The notes beneath the pieces were generated by a model. It had not been told where the DNA came from. It saw only the letters and a program-made list of their open reading frames with translations, and made no database searches. Of a stretch of 64,000 bases of DNA, positions 1 through 14,521 are shown in pieces (positions within the stretch are counted from its first letter, which is position 1; every line of letters starts with the position of its first letter). A program made the position numbers and the translations under genes. The stretch is from the human T2T-CHM13v2.0 reference genome, Homo sapiens: assembly GCF_009914755.1 (NCBI RefSeq), contig NC_060925.1, one strand, 5' to 3'.

Positions 1-116
1 CAGTCTTCAGATAATATTTTCTCCTGCATTTATTTCTGCCCCCAACCACTGTGTAACAGTTTTGCCTCCTGCCCTTTCTGTTCTATAAATGTTACTCAAC
101 TTCATTCATGCACACC

Positions 117-560
117 TTTATTCATTCAGCAAATATCTGAGTACCTACTACATAGCAAGGTGATATTCTAGGCACTTGGGATATAGATCAGTAAACTAAA
201 AATGCATAGAAGAAAAATTTCTCTACCATCATGAGACTTTCTCTTTTGGGGTAAGAGGGTGGAGAGAGAGGCACACAATAATGAACTTATTAATTACATG
301 TAATTATCATTATATTCAATATTGATAAATGCTATAGCATGGTTATATGCAGGTGAGGGAAATAGTTATTTTAAATAGGGTACACTAGTTAAGTTTCATC
401 ATGAAGGTGACATTTAAGCAAATGCTTGAAGTAAATAGGAAATATCTGAGGGATAAGCATTCCAGATAGAAGAACAACCCAGTGCAAAGCCTTAAGGAAG
501 AAATCTTCCTCGGATAATCAAGGAATATCAAGGAGCCAAGGTGGCTTGAGAAGTCAGATT
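117..560 (-). mobile_element. L2 LINE 3' fragment (ancient)
   Basis: ttcattcagcaaatatctgagtacctacta...ctaggcact resembles the reverse complement of the L2 3' end; degraded L2 body follows. Confidence 0.65.
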
Positions 561-1713
561 ATCTATCCGAAACTGTTATAAAATGTATACAAGTCTATGG
601 CATCTGGCAAGAATGAGAACATTTCCATATTTTATACAGGACCTTTGTGTATTGCACAACCTGATAAGTCAGCCTTACCTAGAATTCCTGCTCCTCCATA
701 CTTGCCTTAGGTTGCCCTTCACTTCATACAACACTTTCTCAAGGAAGATTTCCCATCCCAAATCATGGCCATCATCAAATTCTCTAAACTCCTGTTTGCA
801 CATGGTTAAAGACTGGTATATGCGACCATATATTTACATGTATTTGTTCTTTCTAGCTATGTGTCTTCCTTGTATATCTGACCAAATTGGAAATCTCTCT
901 AGAGCCATAATGCTTCCCCAGTGCCTGTCAACATGCCCTATACATAGTAGACCCATGGTAACTGTTCATGGAAGCCACTGCTAAAGACCTCTGACATCTT
1001 AAAAAAAAAATCTAGAATACTTTTTATGAATGAAACTTTACATTGCTGCCCAGATTGCAAACCTCTGAGCCAATATTCCACAAAGACATGGGAAATACTT
1101 TAAAAGGCATTATTTATATAGCACATTGATTTTTTCAGTTGATTCAATTTTATTGATTTTAGGAAATAATTTAATCATCTGTATTTCATTTCAGATAATT
1201 AAGTTTTGCTGCTGGCTTCAATATTGCTTTCTAAGACATAGAATATTTTATCTTCCTAATAAAACTAAGCCATTTCTAAAAGAAAAAAGTATTCTATTCT
1301 AGTTAGAAAATGTTAAAGATACATGTAATAATCAAAAAACTAACAAATAAATTCAAAGTCAAGCAGGACTGCCCATGTAAACACTAGATAAAAGCTGGTA
1401 TTTGTAGAATTGCTTTCAACACAAGTGAAGAGTCTATTAAATAAGGTCAGAAGCAAAGGGCACCACCAGAATGTTGAGATTACCAAGGAACTGTGCCTAT
1501 ATTGTAAAAGAAAAATCTCCTAAATTTAAAGTTGCTCATCATTTTCCAATTACCTAAGGTCTTCCTGCCAGTGATGAAATCCTTATTACTGGCAGATCCA
1601 CTGATGAGCCCCCAAGGAGGAGATCTTCCAGCATTCCCTGTTTATCACAGCCACTTACAGAAATGCAGAAGGCTTGTAACTGTAGCCAGAAGCCACAACC
1701 CTAAGCCAAGGCT

Positions 1714-1778
1714 TGTTTTGTTTTGTTTTGTTTTGTTTTGTTTTTAAGAGAGAGGGTTTCATTCTGTCACCCAGGCTG
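1714..1778 (-). mobile_element. Short Alu 3' remnant with (TTTTG)n tail
   Basis: (GTTTT)n followed by ...ttcattctgtcacccaggctg. Confidence 0.6.
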
Positions 1779-1849
1779 AAATGGCCAGCAAGGAACACAT
1801 GTCAACATAAGCTTCACAACTGGGAAGTCTTGTATAAAATAACAAATCG

Positions 1850-2362
<513 letters not shown>

Positions 2363-2911
2363 TTAGAATTAATCTTTAGCAGAAGTTCTTAGGCTTTCTT
2401 AGTTTAAAGCACATTTAGTGTTTATATGAAGCATGGGTGGAGGTCCAAGTATCTTATATGATTGAGGATTAAGGACTCTCAATGCAAAAGGGCCTAAGTG
2501 TTAAAACCATCCTGAATTTTTATATCTCCACAACAACTTTCTGGCATCCAGTTACCAGAGAAATGGAAGTAAGCAAAAAGAATTTAGGAAGAAGCAAAAT
2601 ACAAGTCAGAAAAGGCCATGGACCACACAATCGGACTCGGAAATTACATTTCTTGGAATTTTCCCTGAAGAATAAATGGTCATATACAAAGTTTTAGTCA
2701 AAAAGATGCAGAGCAAATCACTGATATAAGAGCAAGAAGTTGGAAACTATCTAAATTGTCTAGCACTGGGTGCTTATTTAATAAATCCAACAACAGAATT
2801 CTAAAGAGCCATTCAAAAAGATGTTGACAATATCGTAAGTGATAAAAGCAGCTTACCAAAAATATTAATATATTCCTTTTTAACACAAAAATTTTAAGAT
2901 ATATGTATAAC

Positions 2912-3359
2912 TGCTATCATTTAAATGTGTCCCCCAAAGTTCACGTATTGAGAACTTAATCCCCAATGCAACAGTACTGAAAAGTAGGAACTTTAGGAGG
3001 TGATTAGGTCATGAATGCTTTGCCTTCATGGATGGATTAAAGCTGTTATCAAAGGAGTGGATTCATTACCACGACAGTAGTTGTCATAAAAGCAAATCTG
3101 ACCCCTCTTGCTCTCGTGTGCGTGCGTTCTCTCTCTCTCTCACACACACACGCGCTCTCTCTCTCTCTCTCATTCTTACTCTCTTGCCCTTCCACCTTCC
3201 ACCTTCCACCATGGTATGATGCAGCAAGAAGGTCCTCACCAGATGCAGCCCTTTGATCTTGGGCTTCTCAGTCTCTAGACTATAAGAAATAAATTTCTGT
3301 TCTTTAACAATTACCCAGTCTATGTATTCTGTTACAGCAGCAGAAAACAAACATAGACA
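2912..3359 (+). mobile_element. ERVL-MaLR solo LTR (MST-type) with internal (CT)n(CA)n microsatellite
   Basis: TG...CA ends, MST-like termini (tgctatcatttaaatgtgtcccccaaa; ttacccagtc...tattctgttacagcagc), 5-bp TSD ataac/gtaac. Confidence 0.82.
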
Positions 3360-4284
3360 GTAACAGAGTTTAGAAAGATATGCGTTATACTAAATCAAGT
3401 GATAAAAGCAAATTACCAAACAGCATATATCTAGCTATGGTCCTGATTAAGTGTTCAGTTGTAAGTAGCATACGTGTGTTGAGGAATGAATTCGGAAGGA
3501 TGCTGCAGGGTATATTATCTGTTGATGACAGAATTTTCAACATCATCCCTATACTTTCAAGCTCTTTCACAGTGCCTGGAAGCCTGGAAACTACATTTCC
3601 CAGATCCCTTGTAGGCAGGATTTTGGCTTAGGTTCTGTGGATGAAAGGCACTCATGTGAAAGTAAGAACACTGGAGAGAAGCAACCATATTCTTCCCCCA
3701 GCAGTGGCTGGTAGAAGTGGGGATAGATGTTAGGGTGATGTATACATGGCTTCTGGGTAAAGCTCCTGATAATCACCCACTGTAGGGCTATAGGTGGCTG
3801 ATATCATAGGTGGTGGCTTCCTATGATTCTCTCATTTCTTGATATCCTCAAAGTAAGATCGGTTATTACCAATCTTCCTTCCCTATATCAATGCTCTTCC
3901 TGCTAAAATACCTGTAGCAATTTATCTTTTCCTGTTTTAGCTTAAAAAAGAAATGATCTCTAGTATGTGAGATGATAAGTGACCTTTTTATTCTTATTAA
4001 CATTTTCTGGCTTTTTAAAATAAATGTGTACTGCATTTGTAACATGAGAGGAGGTTTTGAGATTTTTAGTTCACTCTTCGGGCCTTTGGTGAGAACTAAA
4101 TTATGCATACTTTTCTTGCACAATTTTAAAAACCTTCATTACTTGTTTTCCATGTTAAAAGGAAAGGACTACTGAAGAAAATGTAACAACAGGGGTAAGA
4201 TGTGACAGCTGATAGAAAAGGAGTAAGAAAAAGCAGTTGTTTTTTAAAATTTACATCACCATCACCCAACACCCCCGCCCCACT

Positions 4285-4288
<4 letters not shown>

Positions 4289-4336
<48 letters not shown>
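4289..4336. repeat. (CA)24 microsatellite
   Basis: Perfect dinucleotide run. Confidence 0.97.
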
Positions 4337-4338
<2 letters not shown>

Positions 4339-5459
4339 ATAAAACATATTCTGGAAGCATTCAGTATAGGGAGAAACTTCTCTACCTCAGCAAAATAACA
4401 AATACTTGCTACATAAGTACAACAACTGCTATTCATATTAATTATTCCATTAAATTATATACTTTACATCCTGTTAAAGACATGAGGGAAAAGTTTTGAT
4501 AGATTGATGTTCCTACAAATAACTGAAAGAAAAATATTTATTTGCTATCTAAAAATAACTTTTTCAGAGTAATTCATGTGTTGCCTTTTATTTTAGAAAC
4601 TTTTCACTGAGTAACATCTTTAAAATTTTTCATTCAGTGGTTATACTATCTTGTTCATTTCTAAGACTCTTAGCAAAAAGAGCTATGGTGCTGATTAAGT
4701 GGACATTTCACACATAGAAAACTATTCTCCAAATGGTTAAAAATGAAATATGAGTACCTCACAGCTCTTCCAGCTACTCCAAAAGCAACTGTCATATAAG
4801 TAAAAAAATGTTATATGAGTATTTACTTCAATAGACTTTATAATAGCAGTTAACTGCACTAAAGGATTTTAAATCAATAAAAGTTAAATGAAAGATGAGT
4901 AGACAATGGAAAAAAAAATGGTCACAATTTTTCCCGAGCTTTATATTTCCATTATCAACAATAAGTTTAAAAACCTGCTGAACCCATTTTAATCCAATTG
5001 GTACAGATTAATCACAAATTCCATACCCATCACATACAGCATAGAATTGACAATTTTATTTAAAATGGGAAATTTCCGAAAAACTTATGGTGTAATCTTA
5101 TTTTTCTTGCTGCATTTAACAAATTACCAAGTCTATATAATTATAAACTCAGTTTTAACCTCTCAGGATTCTTTGAGGTAGTTTGCAATGATTCCTTTAA
5201 ATATCATAATGTAATGCAGGTATCCAGACTCTGCCATGTATAGATGTTCTTTAATTGTGTTATCTTCTTTATGGGAAGGTGAGAAAATCTTTCTAATCAG
5301 TGAAGAATACATTAAATATTTCATAATAATATTTTCTTTCAACTATCAAGCTTGCTCAGCTTCACATTCCAAATCGGTTACAGGTTATTTGAACAATGAA
5401 ATTAAGAAGTGGCAGACATCAGTCAAATCCAAATTAGTAATGAAAATAGTTATCATTAT

Positions 5460-5675
5460 TGATAATATTGAGCAATTACTATGTGCAGACACTATGCTAG
5501 CACACTGCATGAATTCTTCATTTAATCCTCACAACAACTCTACGATGAAAGCATGATTATCCTCATTTTACAGAAGAGGAAATGAACTTGAAGAGGTTAT
5601 TCTGAATGCCCAAGATTACACAGCTACTAAGAGATATCAGTGGAATTTGTATCCAGGCCTATCTAATTCCAAGGC
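5460..5675 (-). mobile_element. MIR SINE
   Basis: MIR core: tttaatcctcacaacaactc...attatcctcattttacagaagaggaaa...gcccaagattacacagcta. Confidence 0.78.
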
Positions 5676-5944
5676 CTTACCAATACCCAATCTAAGCTTT
5701 TCCATACACGGATAAGAACATAAAAGCAAAAATAAACATCTGCCATGGGTCATCAGTTATTAAAACAAATACAGGAACATAAGTGATAAAATCCCCTCTT
5801 CCGTGTCCTGAAGAAGACAATCACATACTTTTCACTCCAAGAAGGAAGCTTTCAGACGATTCTTCAGAATTTAGTAAGTCTATCTACATAAAATATTATA
5901 TGCTATTTGTTTTCACTAAGCTACATGATTAAAAGCCCCAATTA

Positions 5945-6472
<528 letters not shown>

Positions 6473-9250
6473 GCAAGGTAGGCTTGAGTCATAATCTCTC
6501 TCTATTCAACACCACCAGACAAATAAAATGTTACTCAATTGCTTATTATCCTAAAAATAAAGCAGACTCCCTTCGCCTCCCAACTTCTAATAGCACATAA
6601 GGTTAGAAATTTTAAACAGTTATTTCCTATTACGAAAAGAGTATTTCCAAGCTTCTAAAAGCTGGAAAATACAAAGAAGCATAAATTAGAAAATAAAAGT
6701 TACCTGCAACCTTACTAACATTAACATGTATATATCTGTGTATTGTATTCCTTTGTTTTTTCTTTCTTATGAGCTATGTATAAAACATAAGCTTAATACA
6801 AGTAACTTGCAGACAAAGAAATTATGAGTTCAACACAGGAGAAAAATTCAAAATGATAGTAGGTCACCCATGTAGTGATGCCTAATAGAATAAAAATGCT
6901 GTGTCTCCCATAAACACAACTGGAGGCAGATAAATTTTGAATGTGTTATATAGCAGGGTATTAACCCACTCTGAAAATGATTTAAATCATTTTTAAATCT
7001 ACAGAATAATTAAGACAGATAAATAAAACATAAATCAAGTCATTTAAAGGTATGCTCAGTATTTTCATTCTATTTTAAAGAAAAAATGTTCTATGGGAAA
7101 ATGGGCCACCATAGAGACTGCTGCTAGAGCAAGAAAAGTAGCACTATTATCTGCCAGGGGAGAATTAACTGTTAGCAAACTGGCCAAGTGAGAAAGAAAC
7201 AGGTTCTCAACTGGGATATAACATCAAGGGGAATGTAAAAATGAGAGTTCGTATCAGCCTGTGTTTAAACACTCTGACCCACAAATTTAGCACAGACAAT
7301 TGGACAGGTCCTTTAGATTCCTCTGTCCATCAATTACATTATCTAGAGGCAAACACAATAGACTTACTGCAAACAGCGCTGATTTAAACAAAAATGTAGT
7401 GAATATAGATAAAGGTGTCAAGTGCCATGATGTAGTAATGACACAGAACAGCCAGGCAGGGACTACATGACTTGGAAGTTTAAAAGAAAGTAAATACCAA
7501 GTGTTTTTTGTTTGTTTGTTTGTGTGTGTGTGTGCGTGTTTACGTTAGTTTCCTATGAAGAATGAAAGCTTTGTGAAATTTGTAGCACATACAGAAAACA
7601 CACCTATGACTATCATTTTCTAAAAAGCAGACATTTGACAAAAATCTCTTTCTGACACAAAAAAATAACAACTTCAAAGGCAGACTAATGTTTTCAAAAG
7701 AGAATCTATCAGTTAAAAAATACTAAACAAAACTAATGCTTTGTTGCTTTGTAATTTTGAGGAAGAAACCTCCAATAAGCTCAGGTTTTAAAAATGCATA
7801 AGAAAACACCACCAAGGGCAGATAGTGATTAATATTTAATATTTGCATCACTGATTTTTTCCCTAACAACCCTATACCAGCAACTTAAAGGCTTATCCTC
7901 TGATTTTTAAAAAGGTCTTAGAAAATAAAATTGTAAGAGTATTAAAGGCATGTGTTGAGAGTGGACAGGACCCCAGGACTCTGGCCTGCTGGGACAAATG
8001 GTAGAGAGAAAAGCCTGAGATCCGATTTCCCAACCTATCATTCTGGCTTCTCCACCTACACTACTCTCTCCCTTCTCTGATCTCTCACTTCACAAATATT
8101 AAGCACCATGTAAGTTAGATCTAATTTTCTTAAGTTTTTTCTTACCAAAATATTAACTAGCTCCTCCAGGTCAGGGACTAGATACCTGCATCTGCACCTC
8201 TTCTGGAACAGCAGGTGCACTACTAGGCAACTGCAAACTTGGTTGACCCTTAGGAACCACATCTCTCTAGCAGATTCCTTTATGAAAAAGAAGTCTCAAC
8301 TACTCATCTCTGGTTGAACTGAAAGAAAAATCTCAGACACTTTTTCCACAACCACACTTTCCACAGCATCAAAACCACTTGGTACAGTGGTCATATCCTT
8401 AGGATCAAGGAAGTCAACATGCCTATTTCTCGTTTATTTCTCTCCAGGTCTAATATGAAGATGGCAATCTCATGTTTATACTACCTCTAAACTAAGCTAT
8501 TGTAATCTTTTTCATGTAGGTTTTTTAAAAACTATATAGATTTTATCCTATCAAGAGCACAAATATAAGACTGTCTTTTCTTTATAGAGTCCATACTGTC
8601 GACAGCAATCCATATCTATATTTAATGTTTTAAATTTTTAATCATATTTTAAATGGTTCTGGCATCAGATTATACAGACAAAAAGCAAAGGAAATGTTTA
8701 AGATGAATTCCACAAGCTAATGTTTGCCAGAGAAATGTCAGAAGGCCACAGACATAAAATGCCCATTTGGAAGATGTAGTCAATTTAAGTGTGAACTATC
8801 CAGTTTGATGATCCTCTGGCATGCCATTGTGCCCAGAGTGTATACACAACCAAGAGTACAAAATTGAAAGTACACTGCTAATCGCTCACAGCAACAGCAA
8901 TAAAAACTTTAAATGCTCTAAATTATAATCAGATAACTGGAAAAATATGTTCCTTTCCCATAGCAAGAACTCAATTCATGAGGCAAAAGGAAGGAAATGC
9001 ATTGACCTTAAAAGTATTCACAAATTTCCAAGGACAAATTCCAAAGATGATCAGGGCTTTGAAACAATCATGAAATACATAAGTACACAAAATAATCTCT
9101 CTTTCTCAAAATCATAATATTTGCATTCTCCAGCCCAATGCTGTCAATACAGTTATGCACCAACCTATACACAGGAATCATCAACCTTGGCAGAGTGGAG
9201 TATTAAGGAGGCACTAACAAAAATTTTAATTTACAACTTCACAAATTATT

Positions 9251-9521
9251 ATTTTTTTTAATTATTATTATTTTGAGGTGGAGTCTCACTCTGTTGCCCA
9301 GGCTGGAGTGAAGTGGCATGATCTCAGCTCACTGCAACCATCGCCTTCAGGTTCAAGCGATTCTTCCGCCTCAGCCTCCCAAGTAGCTGGGATTACAGGC
9401 ACCTGCCACCACGCCCAGCTAATTTTTGTATTTTTAGTAGAGACGGGGTTTCACCATGTTGGCCAGGCAGGTCTCAAACTCCTGACCTCAGGTGATCTGC
9501 CCGCCTTGGCCTCCCAAAGTG
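9251..9521 (-). mobile_element. AluSx-like, 5'-truncated by ~30 nt
   Basis: Ends at cccaaagtgc; TSD cacaaattatt at 9240-9250 and 9522-9532. Confidence 0.9.
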
Positions 9522-12500
9522 CACAAATTATTTTTAAGACTTCAGATGGTTGGTTTTTATATAACTGCAAATGTCTTATTGTTTATATACAAACATACAG
9601 AGATGATAGGCAGATAGATGACAGACAGATGAATGTAAATGGCTAATGAGTACAGAAATCCCAGCAATAGAGGGGACAAACTCAACTGTGCCAGCAGAGC
9701 CAGACAGAAATGTACCCATGAGAAAATTCAAAGGGCAGCTGACGCAAGAACCTCAGTTTTATCTCGCAACAGTGACGTGCAATAAACATTACTGGGCCCT
9801 GCCTTCTGGAGCTCGCAGCCTGGTTGCTCCTGTCTCTCCTGTGGCAGGGCACTAGAGTCACACGAGTTGGCACCAAGTCCTAGCTTCAGCCATGTGATTT
9901 ATAGGTGAATTATTTGAGTCCTAATGCCATCACTCCCCAGTGAGGATTAAACAATTTCTCTCCCATAAAATTAGCTTGAGGATTAAGTGAGCTAATGCCC
10001 ATGAAAGCAATCCGTAACCTGTCTTGCACAAATACAAACGGGAAGTATCTCTGTTCTTATAAAAGACTGTGCCTCCTCCATCTGCCTTTCTCCAGTGTGC
10101 CATAATGTTTGGAAAACACTGAGGTTTTCAGTTATAATTAGGAAGTACAAACTCTATAATTAAATTTACTTCAAGCCTCAATCAGTAATGGGCTCATTTT
10201 AGTGCTTACTTAGTAGGCATGGTCCTATAGCCAGCACTGTACTAAATACTGTGGGAGACAGAAAAGAAAAACAAGATTTGGTCCTTTTGCTCCAGAAATT
10301 AAAAGTCTCACTAGGGAACAAAACCAGCACACATAAAGCAGCAGCAAGGCCTGGAGGCTAGCACAGGACTGAAGGGCAAACCCTGCAGGTGGAACTTACT
10401 TTGAAAACTAAAGGGAAGAACTCATTTTTTATTTTAATTGGCCAAAAGTTTGTGGAAGGCATTACAGAGAGAGACAGCCTAAAGACAGGTATAAAGGTAG
10501 GAATGTATCTGTAGGCCCAACTAGGGACTCACTTGAATAGTGAGGGGTTAAAAGGAGCAGAAGTTTTTCAGACTATGGAGAACCCAAATACCAAGAAAAG
10601 ATTTTTAAACTTAATCCAATAGGCCCAAAATGTAGACTAGTCAGTTTCCAAAGTCAAACAAAATTATCACCATGAAAAATTGTGGTAATGGGAAAAGAGT
10701 CTCAAAGAAAATAAGACTATTAAAGGTTTAATGAGATGCAAAAGCCTCAATCAGTAGTGGGCTCATTTCCACATCATAATTCCTTGCCCCAGCTTTTAAT
10801 GCAAACCCAAAAACACATGAGCCAAGAGAAACAAATTTAATTTCTGATAAACCAGGTGCAAGTTATGACTATCACCCCCATGTGATTTACTGGCTGGAAG
10901 TAGCACAGGTCTCAGGTGAAGGATTTGGAGACCAGACAGAGGCAGGTCCCAATCCTATGTGAAACTGAGTAAGTTACTTGATCTGTTCCTCGATGTCCTC
11001 ATCTATAGAGGGAAACAATACCTCTTCACAGAGTTATTTTGAGGCTTAAAAAAAATCTAGAAACTTTAAGCCATATATAAATGTCAGTTAAATAAGGCAA
11101 ATTTAGCACATTTTGCTAGTTGATGAGCACCCTGTGGACAGGGGCTGTGTTTTATTCTCCAGTGCAAACCCAGAGCCTAGCTCAGTCCCTGACATCTACA
11201 GGAATCCAGTAAGTCTTTGATTAGTGAATGAATGTCAAATTTACTGCAATGCATCTTTAGTGAGCACTCATTATATGTGCTGTGGACTTACTAGGTCCGG
11301 GCAATTGAGTTGTGAAGAAAACAGAAAGAGCTCCTGCCCTCATGAAGCATGTGGTCTAGTAGGAAAATTAGACACTATACAAATAATAACAACACTGGAA
11401 AGCATCACAAAAAAAAAAGGAAGCACAGGGGATGTGCATGTTGAGAGCAATGAGGGGAGCATTTAACTCAGCGTAGAAGTTCAGAGAAGGCCTTCAAGCC
11501 ATGCAAGTGACAATCATCAATTACTTCTATTATTGTCCACAGTAACAAAAACTATTAATACTTAACTGCCTGTTGCTCTAAATATAGAATTTTTTCAAAC
11601 ATTGATCCAGACATCACATTAAAAGGGAAGGGGAGTGTTGCACACAAAAAAATATATATATGAAAAGAAGAAAAAAACTTCCTGGTAAGTTCAAGTGACA
11701 TCAAATGTGTTCTACCTACCACTGGTAAGAATAGAAGCATACTGTTCACTCATGGTCAAATTTTTATCAGAAAAATATGAATTACTACAATCAATCTATG
11801 CTGTTACAGACCTTTCTTAAAAAGAAACATATACCTGAAGCATAACGTACAAATCTGGTTTCAAATATATTGCAAGTAATATTTTATTTTGAAGGTGTAG
11901 TTTCAAACCTCAAGCCCTGAATGTGACCCTCTAAAGTTAACTAATATTTGAGTTCCTTCTCTGTGTAAAATATCAAATAAGACATTAAAGGAAATATTAA
12001 AAGCTTTAAAATACCTATCAAGTAATTTACAATTTGTACAGGGAAAAAATTTTACAGGAGTTCAATAAATAAATGCAAATTATACAAAGATGTCACAACA
12101 CATGATTCCCTGTAAAATAAATACTGATAAATAACATAAGTTCTGGGATGGTTGGAGTGTCTCTTTTTTGATCACCAGTGTATTCAAGTACCTATAACTA
12201 GAACAAGTGTCTAGAATCACTACCTTACAAGGCAGTGAGTGAATGAATGAATTAATACGATTCATGGATTAAGTAGGAAGAACAATGTCACAAGAAGGAT
12301 TCAGGAGAAACATCATGGACAGCAAGAATCAGGGGCCACAAATGATGGTTAGGGAAAACTAGACACAAAGGAGAGGGGAGAAAACTGTGTGACGCACAAG
12401 ACAAGTTGAGGGGATGTAAAGTGTGAAGGCAGTGACTGGAAATTCAGGCAGAGGAGACCAAACTAAGGCTAGAAATGTTGGTGATGATCAGATTGTCCAA

Positions 12501-13164
12501 AAATTTAAATATCAAACTGAGGTGTGCACAGGCCTGATCAAGCTGGGTGCAGAAAGTCATCACGGTTTCTGAAGAGAAGGAAATAATCAAAATCTACTGG
12601 TAGAGTCCTGCATGGGCCAGAGCAGAGGCCACTGCTGCAAGAACCCACGCAAGAGATGAGAACCTGTACTCAAGCATCAGCAGCGGCCTCACCAAAGTAG
12701 TGAGGCAGCTGAAAAGCATCACAGAAGCCCCTCATGACACACTGGAAATTACAGACAGCTCACTCAGCATTCACCACATACCAGGGACCACGCTAAGCAC
12801 TTTCATGGACATTCTGACACAATCCTCAAAACAAGTCCAAGAAGTAGGAATTTTATAGATAAGGGAACTAAGATTCAACAAGTTAGGTAACTGCCAGAAT
12901 TCTAGCCATTGGTCTATCTGACTCAGCTTACAGATCTGACCCACCATACTCCTGGATCATAAAGGGGCACCACAACTTTTAAAAAAATACTAGACATTTT
13001 CAAACCTGATTGACTAAAAGAATGATGATACCACTGGTAAAAACAGAACACAAGAAAGACATTGAGTCTCAAACATGCTATGTTTGAAGTTACAGAAGAA
13101 CAGTCAAGGAGAATTGCCCAGCAGACAGTCAAAAATGAAAAAGTCTAAGATCAAAGTTGGAATA

Positions 13165-13388
13165 TAGGCTGAGTATCCCTGATCTGAAATGCTTAGGCCA
13201 GAAATGTTTCAAATTTTGAATTTTTTTTTTCAATTTTGGAATACTTTCAAATTACATACTGCATGGGCTTCCCTAATCCAAAAATCTGAAATCCAGAATA
13301 CTTTGATGAGCATTTCCTTTGAGCCACATATTGGTACTCAAGAAGTTTCAGATTTTGGAGTATTTTCAGATGAGGAATGCTCAACCTG
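13165..13388. mobile_element. TcMar-Tigger MITE (Tigger4a/MER46-like)
   Basis: TIRs taggctgagtatccct / ggaatgctcaacctg flanked by TA; internal ccctaatccaaaaatctgaaatcc...gagcatttcctttgagc typical of Tigger4. Confidence 0.8.
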
Positions 13389-14121
13389 TATGAATTAAGG
13401 ACTGAGATGCACAGACCCAGGAATTAACTGAAAAAGGGTAGTAATAGAATAGAATAACAGTTAATTATTTAATCGACAAATATTCTGTGAATACCTTTCC
13501 TATGGGAACCACAAAGCTAACTTCAGAAGGAAATAAAACAAAGTTTCTGCTCTCCAATAGCTTTCAGACTGGCCAAAAGGAAGGGTATTCATGTATGTCC
13601 AGGTCCGAACATACAGTGTGAAAAGCACCTTTGGGGAACAGGAACACACACAGGCAGGGTTGGGAAAGATAGCACAGTAAGAAAGGGACATGCTGGAAAT
13701 GAAAATATTACAGAATGAGATGAAAAACCCAAATATCATGATTTCAACAAAGCAATGGAACTAAAAACCAGAGTGCAGGTGGCAATTATTTTACCAACAG
13801 CAGACCTGGTAAATGGGACTGTGGAGCTCAGGAGGTCCCTACAAATCTGAACACAACACAGACAAGTCTTTAACTCTCTCAGAGTATTTAATGTTTCAAA
13901 AATGTAAACCTGGATTATTGCAAACCAAGCCGAGGTCAATGAAGGTAGGGGAATGGGGAGGGGCTGTGGGTAAATGATGAAAGAGGCCAAAGAAACCAAG
14001 AATATTTTGACACATTCTATTTCAGAAGCATTTGCTCACTGTATCCAAATTAATTGGGTATTTTGATGGAAAAAATAAACCACTCCATGAAAATGAACCA
14101 TAAAGTAAAAAGTAGTTTTAA

Positions 14122-14521
<400 letters not shown>

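Noticed and set aside
583-984. 133-aa ORF
   Set aside because: No recognisable domain; overlaps L2 remnants; chance ORF.
6974-6993. 20-bp perfect palindrome AAAATGATTTAAATCATTTT
   Set aside because: AT-rich; one such palindrome is not unexpected by chance in 64 kb.
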